From positions 19,525,347 through 19,589,346 of the forward strand of contig NC_068995.1 of assembly GCF_001194135.2 (NCBI RefSeq): 64,000 nt of DNA, read 5' to 3'. A program made the translations under genes and the position numbers. This document shows, in pieces, positions 54,290-64,000 of the stretch. The stretch is from Octopus bimaculoides. Taxonomy: Eukaryota. Position 1 is the first letter of the stretch; every line of letters starts with the position of its first letter. Under the pieces are notes generated by a model that searched no databases, was not told the DNA's origin, and saw only the letters and a program-made list of their open reading frames with translations.

Positions 54290-55249
54290 NNNNNNNNNNN
54301 NNNNNNNNNNNNNNNNNNNNNNNNNNNNNNNNNNNNNNNNNNNNNNNNNNNNNNNNNNNNNNNNNNNNNNNNNNNNNNNNNNNNNNNNNNNNNNNNNNNN
54401 NNNNNNNNNNNNNNNNNNNNNNNNNNNNNNNNNNNNNNNNNNNNNNNNNNNNNNNNNNNNNNNNNNNNNNNNNNNNNNNNNNNNNNNNNNNNNNNNNNNN
54501 NNNNNNNNNNNNNNNNNNNNNNNNNNNNNNNNNNNNNNNNNNNNNNNNNNNNNNNNNNNNNNNNNNNNNNNNNNNNNNNNNNNNNNNNNNNNNNNNNNNN
54601 NNNNNNNNNNNNNNNNNNNNNNNNNNNNNNNNNNNNNNNNNNNNNNNNNNNNNNNNNNNNNNNNNNNNNNNNNNNNNNNNNNNNNNNNNNNNNNNNNNNN
54701 NNNNNNNNNNNNNNNNNNNNNNNNNNNNNNNNNNNNNNNNNNNNNNNNNNNNNNNNNNNNNNNNNNNNNNNNNNNNNNNNNNNNNNNNNNNNNNNNNNNN
54801 NNNNNNNNNNNNNNNNNNNNNNNNNNNNNNNNNNNNNNNNNNNNNNNNNNNNNNNNNNNNNNNNNNNNNNNNNNNNNNNNNNNNNNNNNNNNNNNNNNNN
54901 NNNNNNNNNNNNNNNNNNNNNNNNNNNNNNNNNNNNNNNNNNNNNNNNNNNNNNNNNNNNNNNNNNNNNNNNNNNNNNNNNNNNNNNNNNNNNNNNNNNN
55001 NNNNNNNNNNNNNNNNNNNNNNNNNNNNNNNNNNNNNNNNNNNNNNNNNNNNNNNNNNNNNNNNNNNNNNNNNNNNNNNNNNNNNNNNNNNNNNNNNNNN
55101 NNNNNNNNNNNNNNNNNNNNNNNNNNNNNNNNNNNNNNNNNNNNNNNNNNNNNNNNNNNNNNNNNNNNNNNNNNNNNNNNNNNNNNNNNNNNNNNNNNNN
55201 NNNNNNNNNNNNNNNNNNNNNNNNNNNNNNNNNNNNNNNNNNNNNNNNN

Positions 55250-55287
<38 letters not shown>

Positions 55288-55291
55288 TGTT

Positions 55292-55343
<52 letters not shown>

Positions 55344-55381
55344 AGGAAGCAGCAGCAGCAGAAGCACTAGTAGTAGTAGTC

Positions 55382-55426
<45 letters not shown>

Positions 55427-55475
55427 CTAGTGGTAGTGGTAGTAGTAGTAGCACAAGTAGCAGCAGCAGCAGCAA

Positions 55476-55535
<60 letters not shown>

Positions 55536-55640
55536 AAATTGCAACAGTAGCAGAAGTCATTGCAGTAGTAATAGCAGCTGCAGCAGTACTAGTGGTTGTA
55601 GCAGCTGCAGCAGCAACAGTAGTAGTAATACTACTGCAGT
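55250..55640. repeat. Compound (TAG)n/(CAG)n microsatellite
   Basis: Directly visible after the 54290-55249 gap. Confidence 0.96.
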
Positions 55641-56382
55641 TACTGTTTTTGCTGCCACCGGTGCTACCTCGCGGTTATAATAATATGCAAGTAATACATT
55701 TATCCTTGTCTCTAATTTACGCATAACGTCAGCAAATCTGATTTCATTGAAAGGGTGTAGTTTATACCATCAGCTAAAGTACTCTAGTGGTACTTCATTT
55801 TATCGACCTCGGAGGAATAAATCAATGGTTATTTCCGTGAAATTTAAAATCAAGCTCCAAAAACCAAGATTCATACGGATAGTAAAATGGCTACTGTCAA
55901 CGACCACATCCTTGCAGCAACAAGAACAACATCATCGTCGTCGTCATATAATTCCGTCGTCGTATCACCATCTTCGCCGTTGGCGTTGTTGACTCGTCGA
56001 CTTTATCATCATCGTCGTCGTCGACGTCGTCATCTTCATTATCATAATCAACAATAACAGCACTTCCACTTCTGTATAGAAAGTTATTCATGAAGTATTT
56101 TTACCAATCAAAGAGCCAAATGTCTGAAAAGGAAAGTCTGAAAAGAAAACAGGTCGGCCAATGGAAAAGTAAAACGATTAAACATAACAGACGGAAAAAT
56201 AACAAGTGTTAAGTAAACAAAGGTATGAACACTTAGCAAAATTCAGACGCCATATTAGTAGAACAGACTGACCAAAGATGGAAGCTAGATGTATACTAAG
56301 GCAACAGAAAAATACAAAAACTATACAAACAAACAATTATTTACATATAGTGGTGAGTGTATGTGTATACATACATATATAC

Positions 56383-56435
<53 letters not shown>

Positions 56436-56535
56436 AAACACATATATGTGTAAATATATACATATATACATATACATATATATGTATAGATAGCGACATA
56501 GACAGATAGATAGATAGACAGATAGATAGATAGAC

Positions 56536-56588
<53 letters not shown>

Positions 56589-56749
56589 TACAAATCTATA
56601 AATGTATGAATCTACGTAGGTATTCCTATATTACAATTTTTGAACAACAATTCAACTGCACAGTCCCGGGGTTTCTGGTAGAGCATTTCCACCTCTGTAC
56701 TTTATTCTAACCTTTACTAATTTTACTGCAATATGTATGTATATATATA

Positions 56750-57230
56750 TGGGAGAATTTACGAAAAAACAACAGACGAATACAGGTGGTGTAAACAACA
56801 AATGGATGTATTAGTTTAACGCTCGGGAATAGAGAAAATCTTTAACGCTTCGAGCCTACGCTCTTCAACTGAAAGGAACGGAGAAAGAAACAAGGAAAGA
56901 AACAAGGAGAAAAAAATATAAATACAGAGGTCAGCGATCTATCATTGCGAATGCCGGACAGAAGGTTCACACAGGAGAGCTAAGAAAAAGGAGAGATAAC
57001 AAAGAAGTGGTGAACTCAAGACAAGAAACTGCGTGTGTGTGAGAGAATGCTGGTGATCTTAACGTATGCATGTGTGTATGTAGGTGTGAAGGTGTGAAAA
57101 TGTGGGGAAGGGAATTGGTCAGTGCTAGTGTGTGCGTGCTCGAAATGGTCGTGACTTCACGTACTTGACTGAAGAAAGAAAGCCACGAATGACCCGTCTT
57201 TTTTGCCTGTCATTCTAATTGTTGTTTCTG
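56750..57230 (-). mobile_element. Penelope-terminal-repeat-like short element with degenerate hammerhead-like motif
   Basis: Minus strand cagttgaa-GAGC-gtag-GCTC-gaagcgtt at 56843-56872; ends at (TA)n; the aacaacaaa...tgtattag motif recurs at about 61240-61260. Confidence 0.5.
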
Positions 57231-57297
57231 TTGTCCCCCTTTGTATCGTCTATCTGTCCGAACATTTTAATGCCCTCTATTGCGTTCTGTTCCGTTG

Positions 57298-57341
<44 letters not shown>

Positions 57342-57344
57342 CGG

Positions 57345-57845
57345 CGTACGTACACCCTTGTGCTCATCTTATAATAGGTATCTAAATTTTGTACGATTCT
57401 ACTTTTATTCCCCCTCTCATTTTTCTTCCTTTTCCTCGCTCTCTCTGTCTCTCACATTTCTTGGCCCTCTCTTTCTTCAACCCCCACTACTTTCCACTCG
57501 TTTATCTACCCTGTACCTTTTTATTTTTCTCTAATTCTTTTTCTAATCTTTCAATCTCGCTTCTCCTTACCCATCTCTCCTCCTTGCACGTGACCGGTGT
57601 CCGGCGAGCCATGATCTTTCTTTCTTGGCCAGACTGCCGACCGTCAACACCACTTGGTTCTGTCTCCTATGTGCCTGCTTTTTAGAGTTTCGCTTCATAC
57701 ACGCCAGCTCAAATTCATTCGTTCCCAGTCGAAAGACGCCTATTGTTATTTCTTGTTGTCTGTATTCGTAAATATGTACCATGTTCTCCGTTTGTTTGTT
57801 TGTTTTTCTTTGTCTTTGTTGTAAATTGAGAATAGCCACCTTAAT
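57345..57845 (+). mobile_element. Repeat of about 500 bp between (TA)n and (GT)n
   Basis: Same layout as 26500-27110: pyrimidine-rich leader, cacgtgacc, T-rich tail. Confidence 0.5.
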
Positions 57846-57847
57846 AA

Positions 57848-57900
<53 letters not shown>

Positions 57901-57903
<3 letters not shown>

Positions 57904-57960
57904 GGCGCATGATTCGATGGTTAGAGCGTTGGGCTCACAAGCATCAGGTAGTGAATTTGT
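57901..57960 (+). mobile_element. SINE family C-like tRNA head fragment
   Basis: gaaggcgcatgattcgatggttagagcg resembles the head of 14575-14861. Confidence 0.5.
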
Positions 57961-57964
57961 TCCT

Positions 57965-58044
57965 TTGGTATAATACCAATGTTGTCTTTGAAACATATGT
58001 CGGAAGTAAAAGAATTTGAATAACACCTGCCTTTAACTCCATTT
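57965..58044 (+). ncRNA. 3' half of the long-stem-II hammerhead repeat family
   Basis: UGUCUUU-GAAA-CAUAUGU-C-GGAAG plus tail aaaagaatttgaataacacctgc.tttaactccattt shared with 40853-40925 (minus). Confidence 0.65.
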
Positions 58045-58054
58045 ATATATATAT

Positions 58055-58113
<59 letters not shown>

Positions 58114-58184
58114 TACATATAGATACGTGCATACATACATACATATATACATACATACATAGCTCACAATACCATTCAGCAATA

Positions 58185-58405
58185 CCACTGCCTTAGAGCG
58201 GACAGAATGGCGATCGCCGTATCAAAATAATATAAGAGATCTTGTTTCAACCAGCTTGTGCAGGCTAAAGAGTGCAATACAAAGGCAGAAAGCGGCTGCA
58301 AATATAGCCTCTGCACTGATCAGTAATCAGTTCAGGATTATATTTTAAATATCTGCGGGTTTCTTTGCAAATCTTTGCCGGGGCTCAAATGTCACATTGG
58401 ATATA
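58185..58405 (+). mobile_element. RTE-BovB-like LINE 3' end with terminal C2H2-like finger
   Basis: ALERTEWRS...RQKAA then NICGFLCKSLPGLKCHIGYKH*. Confidence 0.7.
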
Positions 58406-58779
58406 AACATTAAGACTGAGAAAGAAATATGTAAGTTATCCGATTCTTATATCATAAAATGTTGCTATCAGTACAAAGTAGGGTTTCACAAAATTATTCG
58501 CAATATATACCCGCAGAGCACTGATTACCCAACGTCAGAAACCCGTAAGGAATGCAAAGAAATCAATCGATTTCATTATATAATTGATACCTTTTCTACT
58601 GAACCCATGGTGTATACATTATTGGACTCAGGAGAACATATATCGATGATGTGTCTCACAGTATTTACATTCATCTCTATATTATTATATTTCAAATCTT
58701 TAAGCCTGTCTTTCTCTGAAGTAATTCTCCTTATATGTCGTCTGTGGAATTTGAAATCAGAACTAACTTAACTGAATAT

Positions 58780-59230
58780 CGTTATATATTTGAGGCGTAT
58801 CTGCTACTTCATCGTGTCAGAAGTAACATCAGCAGTAGTAGTTGGTTAGCTACTGTTGTTGCTGTCGTCATTATTGCCTTTGTTGTCGAGATGGTGTCGC
58901 TTGGTTTTGTTCACACTGTCCAATGTATTGTGGTATCGTTGTATGGAGGGAAAAAGAAACTGTTGAAATGCGGTATAAATAAACACGTTGTGATGGGCGT
59001 GAAGGGAATTGTGTTTATCAAAAGCTCGTCCTTCTGGTTGGGTTGGGTTGTACTATGCGTGTTTGGGTTGGTGGTTGTTTAGGTAGGGTGGAGGGAATGT
59101 TGACAATGGTATTAGTGCTGGTGGCACATTTATTTACATGTAGATATTAGGAAATAGGGTTCTGTCAAAGTTTCTATTGCTTTTTCTATTAATCAATAGC
59201 TGAGAATCCACCATTGAATGGACGGGCTAG
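58780..59230 (-). mobile_element. Possible APE-type LINE fragment
   Basis: PYLARPFNGGFSAID resembles the PTY...G.FSAIDL endonuclease motif; the remainder is weak. Confidence 0.3.
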
Positions 59231-60056
59231 GTACGGTGAACACAAAAGTTACATACACATAATCACAGACACAAGCACACCCACTTACATAGACGTATAC
59301 GCGTATCCATACGCACGCACACACGTTCATACAACCCACACGCTCACTTATTCACACACACAGTAGTCAACACGACAAGATTGATGTCTTTAAATGAACT
59401 CAGTCGAACCAAACGATGTTCCAACATCTTATGTTTTTATTTCCCTGCAAATGTAAATTGGATTGTCATCGGTTTCCACAATCAATATTCGCTTCTTCAA
59501 TTAACTAGGACACTGACTCTTTAGATCTAACTTTTAGCAAATAAAAAGTTCATTATCCTGCAGACATGTAATCCCTTGACTATTTAAAATAATGGTGCAT
59601 TCCGTCCAGCTGAGTTTCGTGCAGTTTCTATCTACTTAACTGCAGTAAACGCAGGGCTTTCGTGAAAGATGCTTGCTCAAATGACAAACAGTGGAATCAA
59701 ACTAGAAGCTCATCACTGCAAAGCCAATACATTAAATTCTTGGTTCGGTCATATCCACAAAATACATGTTTGCATAGACACTAAAATAAATATATATATA
59801 CAAATCCATTCATTCATCCGATCTTCTATTCTCGTGCGTACGGACATACAAATATACATACATATATTTGAAAATGTCATCACGGTAATATCTACATGAT
59901 GTAACTAAGACATTATATAATGAGATCCGCCAGAAGGATAGCCCTGAGGCCAACGAAGTATGAATCCACTGTATAGTAGAGGCTAAAGCCACTCATAATA
60001 AGGAGTACTGGTGGAATGTCCCAGAAGAAGCCTCAATAAAATGGAAAACATAGTAG

Positions 60057-60350
60057 ACCTGAGATAGTGATTTTGAATAGGGAAGAGAAACGGTGTACAG
60101 CGGCGGAAATCAGCTGCCCAGCAGATGTTAACATATAGTTAAAGATTAGCGGGAAAAAATACCAACGCTGAACTTGTGAGAAATCTGCAATTACAACTCT
60201 AATCGGATACCAAGTTCAGATTTATACCTAAGTACCAATATTGAGAAATTAGGTTTTTCAACTCATAGGAAGAGAAAACTGATTCGAAGTCTACAGATCC
60301 AAGCTATCACTTGAACTGTAAAACTTCGTAAAACTTTCCAGAAGTTTATG
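60057..60350 (+). mobile_element. RLE-type non-LTR retrotransposon 3' fragment
   Basis: RPEIVILNREEKRCTAAEISCPADVNI...NLQLQL*SDTKFRFIP...KLIRSLQIQAIT*TVKLRKTFQKF. Confidence 0.8.
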
Positions 60351-61637
60351 CACATGTCTAGACATGAAACTACATGCAAGAGAATACATACATAAAACAA
60401 AACATACAAATCTACACATACATTGACTTCAAATACTACACATACATATACATAAATGCAAAAGTACACTATTGAAGTTGTTGAAATTCAAATGGAGCTT
60501 TAGATCTTGGTTAGAAAAGGGCTCTTTCTCTATTGGCAAGACATTTTAAAATAAAACTGAATAATGACATACATGCATACATACATACATACATACATAC
60601 ATGCAGGCATGCTTGCATATTTACATACATGCATACATAATGAAGGTCGAGTCTTCACAAATTGCTTTGCCGTGTTTTTTTTTTTGTTTTTTTTTCCCTT
60701 GGTCTTCAGGCGTCTACGAAAAACGTATCATGAAGTTTGCCATAAGTATAAGGTATCTAAATATAATGGTGAGTGCTAGTTTGGGAAACTAATATTGAAC
60801 GAAGGAATCTTATACGATGACAATGTAATTGTAATTCAAACAATAAGAATTGGGTTGCGTGACATTTAGAGTTTAAAAAAGATTGTTTTGCCACTGAAAC
60901 CCATTAGGGAGAAAATGAAAAATAATAACCAGCGGTGATTTAAGTGTAAAAGCAAAAACATCAATAATACTCATGTAGTTCACATAAAGTTAGCTATTTT
61001 GGTGACGTTTCAAAGATAAGTTCCAAAATGTTTCACGTTTACAAATCATCTTGTTTCATTTTTGTTACATAGAGCCAACCGTTTTCTTCCACCGTCTTTC
61101 ATTTTCTCTCGGCGTTATTTACAGCAACCTGGATGAAAAGAGACTGATATCTACCGGCCTAATCTCCTCTATTTATTTGGAGCGAAGGAACACTCTAGTT
61201 AAAATATAGAGGAAGAAAAAGAAAAAGAGAAGTGAGGGAACAACAAACAGGTGTATTAGCTTGACTCTTCCAAAGAATTGGATGAGAGGAAAAAGAAATG
61301 GATGAGTATATTTTCTTTTTTACTCTCTTATAATTGGACTGCAGCAGTTTTGTGGATCATATAGATACTTTCTTCAGTCTGGCACTGTATTTATCAATAT
61401 CTGTTTTCCCAACTGAAGGCCACCCGAAATTTACCAACGATTTATATGCCATTCGGATACTTAACTAACTGCCTCGGGACAATATTGAGCAGTTGGGATT
61501 TATTATGCCATAGACAACGCAACTAATTAGGAACCTTCTGCTACAACTCATTAAAAGGAAACATGAAAATATGTAAAATATTCCACAAGTGTAGTATGTG
61601 AATATTGCACATAGTTATATGCAGATAAGATTGCAGA

Positions 61638-61899
61638 TGAAAGGGGCGTTAGCATAAATTAAAATATTCGTTGCAAAGGTAACAAAGCTAAAGCATGGAG
61701 AGTAAAGCCCCTTGGCACACATTGATTGTGAACTCTGCTGTGCATGTGCACTAAGCTTTAACATTCTAGCTCACTTCCGCTGTTTACAGCAGTGCTTGGA
61801 AAGAAGGTGTGTAATGTGTGATCGTCGTATTAACCATGGCAGAAAGTTGAACAGAGAATCTCCATCAAATTTTGCCAAAATCAGAGGCCTACGCAAAGT
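61638..61899 (+). mobile_element. Mariner left end (TIR, leader, start of transposase)
   Basis: aggggcgttagcataaat TIR-like start; EQRISIKFCQ...SEAYAK; homologous to 62290-62534 (minus). Confidence 0.8.
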
Positions 61900-62534
61900 T
61901 TTCAAAACGCTTACATTGTTTTTGACACAGTCAAGGAGATCTTGTGCAACTTAAACCCGAGTGTGTTTTTGTTGTTTTTTTTTGGTCAGCTGAAAGCGGT
62001 TTTAGTACAAACTTGACAGATATGCGTCTCATACTCAAAACTTCAGTGATAATGGATTTCACTGAACAGTGACTAATCTGCACATCCTCTGATAACACAC
62101 GGACGGTGATTCAACGATTTCCCTTTACAGCTGCATGCACATCTTCAATGTGTTTCTCAGTTCGGCTGCTTGCGTTTCTCCCAGAAAGTTCGTCAATATC
62201 GACATTTTTTTCGGTCCTCTAGGAAACGTCAGAAAAACTACTACACTTGAGTGCGGCTTATAGACATCTCTCCATACACTTTCTGCGATTTTGCGTGGGC
62301 CTCTGAGCAGGTATCGCTATGGCTACTTTCTCGGTCATGGTCAATTCGACGATCATACGCTACACACCTCCTTTCCAACCACTACGGTAAACAGCAGAAG
62401 TGAGATAAAACATTGAAACTTAGCGCGCATGCGCAACAGCGATGAAAATCAATCTTTCCCAGGCGGCTTCACTCTGCTTGCTTTAGCTTCGTTACTATCG
62501 CAATAGTCTGGATACTTATTGATCAGACCTAGTG
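61900..62534 (-). mobile_element. Mariner 5' half, truncated before the DETW motif
   Basis: TA then cactaggtctgatcaataagtatccagact TIR; DTCSEAHAK.QKVYGEMSISRTQV, ITVRVLSEDVQISHCSVKSIITEVLSMRR, VAQDLLDCVKNNVSVLKT. Confidence 0.88.
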
Positions 62535-62564
62535 TATAATATACATACATACACACACACACAG

Positions 62565-62611
<47 letters not shown>

Positions 62612-62635
62612 CACATACACACACACACACACACG

Positions 62636-62681
<46 letters not shown>

Positions 62682-62689
62682 GTTTTAGG

Positions 62690-62988
62690 GAAAATAACCA
62701 AGTTTCAAGAACTCATCGATGAAAATCCACTATCACATATAGAAAAATTAATATTTAAAAGCACAATAAATGAGTATAATATAAAGTAAAGTAAATATCA
62801 TGAGATAAATATAATTATATATAAATATATTATATTTATTATATTATATTATATTATATTATATTATATTTATCTTATGATATTTACTTTACTTTATATT
62901 ATACTCATTTCTTGTGCTTTTAAATATTAATTTTTCTATATGTGATAGTGGATTTTCATCGATGAGTTCTTGAAACTTGGTTATTTTC
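62690..62988. repeat. Near-perfect inverted repeat (foldback) with arms of about 125 bp
   Basis: 62690-62814 vs 62864-62988 differ at two positions by eye; (TTATA)n spacer; right side runs into a gap. Confidence 0.92.
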
Positions 62989-63277
62989 NNNNNNNNNNNN
63001 NNNNNNNNNNNNNNNNNNNNNNNNNNNNNNNNNNNNNNNNNNNNNNNNNNNNNNNNNNNNNNNNNNNNNNNNNNNNNNNNNNNNNNNNNNNNNNNNNNNN
63101 NNNNNNNNNNNNNNNNNNNNNNNNNNNNNNNNNNNNNNNNNNNNNNNNNNNNNNNNNNNNNNNNNNNNNNNNNNNNNNNNNNNNNNNNNNNNNNNNNNNN
63201 NNNNNNNNNNNNNNNNNNNNNNNNNNNNNNNNNNNNNNNNNNNNNNNNNNNNNNNNNNNNAATATACATATACATAT

Positions 63278-63398
63278 ATGAAGGGTCGTTCTTTATGTAA
63301 CTTGTCATGTTTTCCATATGTTTCTTTCATTGTTCGATACAAAAGTTTGTCTTCGTATTTCTTATTGTTTACGTTTTTTGACGTCCTGTACCCATATA
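63278..63398 (+). mobile_element. 3' end of the GACGTCCTGTACCCA repeat family
   Basis: tgaagggtcgttctttatg...ttttgacgtcctgtacccatatata. Confidence 0.65.
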
Positions 63399-63399
63399 T

Positions 63400-63635
63400 A
63401 TAATGCCACTCCATCGGTTACAACGACGGGAGAGTTCTAGCTGATCCAATGAACGGGACAATCTGCTAGTGAAATTAACGTACAAAAGGTTGAGCCCTCC
63501 ACAAATACCCTTTCTCTTGCCGTAGGTCACATGGAGAAACAGCTTGACACACAATGTGACAAGGCTGGCCTTTTAAAGTTCAGGGACCATTCATTTTTGC
63601 CAGCTGAGTGAACTGGAGCCAACTTAAATAAAATG
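63400..63635 (-). mobile_element. SINE family C, 3' part
   Basis: tgtgacaaggctggcc...tttttgccagctgagtgaactggagc...aaataaaat matches 14690-14770. Confidence 0.8.
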
Positions 63636-64000
63636 TTCAGTTCAAGGATACTATACGCCGCCAGTAATCGAACCCTCGGCCCAATAATAGTGAGCCGAAT
63701 ACTTTGACCCCTAAACTGCGCACTTTCACACACACACACGAGCGCGCGCGTACACACACATATATGCACATACATACAGATATTAGACTATTCACTGATT
63801 TTATCCTGCTTCGAGATTAGTTACTGGAAAATGAACATAATACATACTGACAGACATATGTGAGTGTGTGTGTGCGTGCGCCCGTGTATGTAGGTAGACA
63901 AATAGATAGATAGATAGATATCTTTTTATTATAGCCACACAGGGCTAAATACAGAAAATGGACAAATTACAAAGTAGAGCTTTTGGGGGGGGGATAATTT

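Noticed and set aside
58397-58771. 124-aa ORF
   Set aside because: No start context or recognisable motif; begins inside the RTE 3' end.
59938-59995. ccctgaggcc...ggctaaag hammerhead-like remnant
   Set aside because: Both core strands are broken; cannot be supported without a family consensus.

Overview
AT-rich, repeat-saturated eukaryotic DNA with 11 N-gaps, most flanked by microsatellites. The SINE families, extreme microsatellite density and an invertebrate-code ND1 fragment suggest an octopod (Octopus-like) genome; this is inference. No host protein-coding gene could be identified, and there is no CRISPR array, rRNA or intact tRNA gene. Most listed ORFs are microsatellite or gap artefacts. 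Recognisable content is decayed mobile DNA: two mariner loci, a Buster/Charlie-type hAT transposase fossil with a nested SINE, an R4/Dong-type RLE retrotransposon tied to (AAT)n runs and lacking its RT domain, Tx1/L1, RTE and other LINE fragments, three tRNA-head SINE families, two MITEs, a Helitron-family-like non-autonomous element, a near-perfect AT-rich foldback and a mitochondrial ND1 insertion. The most notable observation is a set of type I hammerhead-ribozyme-like motifs (about 35.8, 40.9, 41.3, 56.9 and 58.0 kb) in short, mostly microsatellite-anchored repeats, resembling Penelope-terminal-repeat or retrozyme-like elements. All translations and folds were done by eye.
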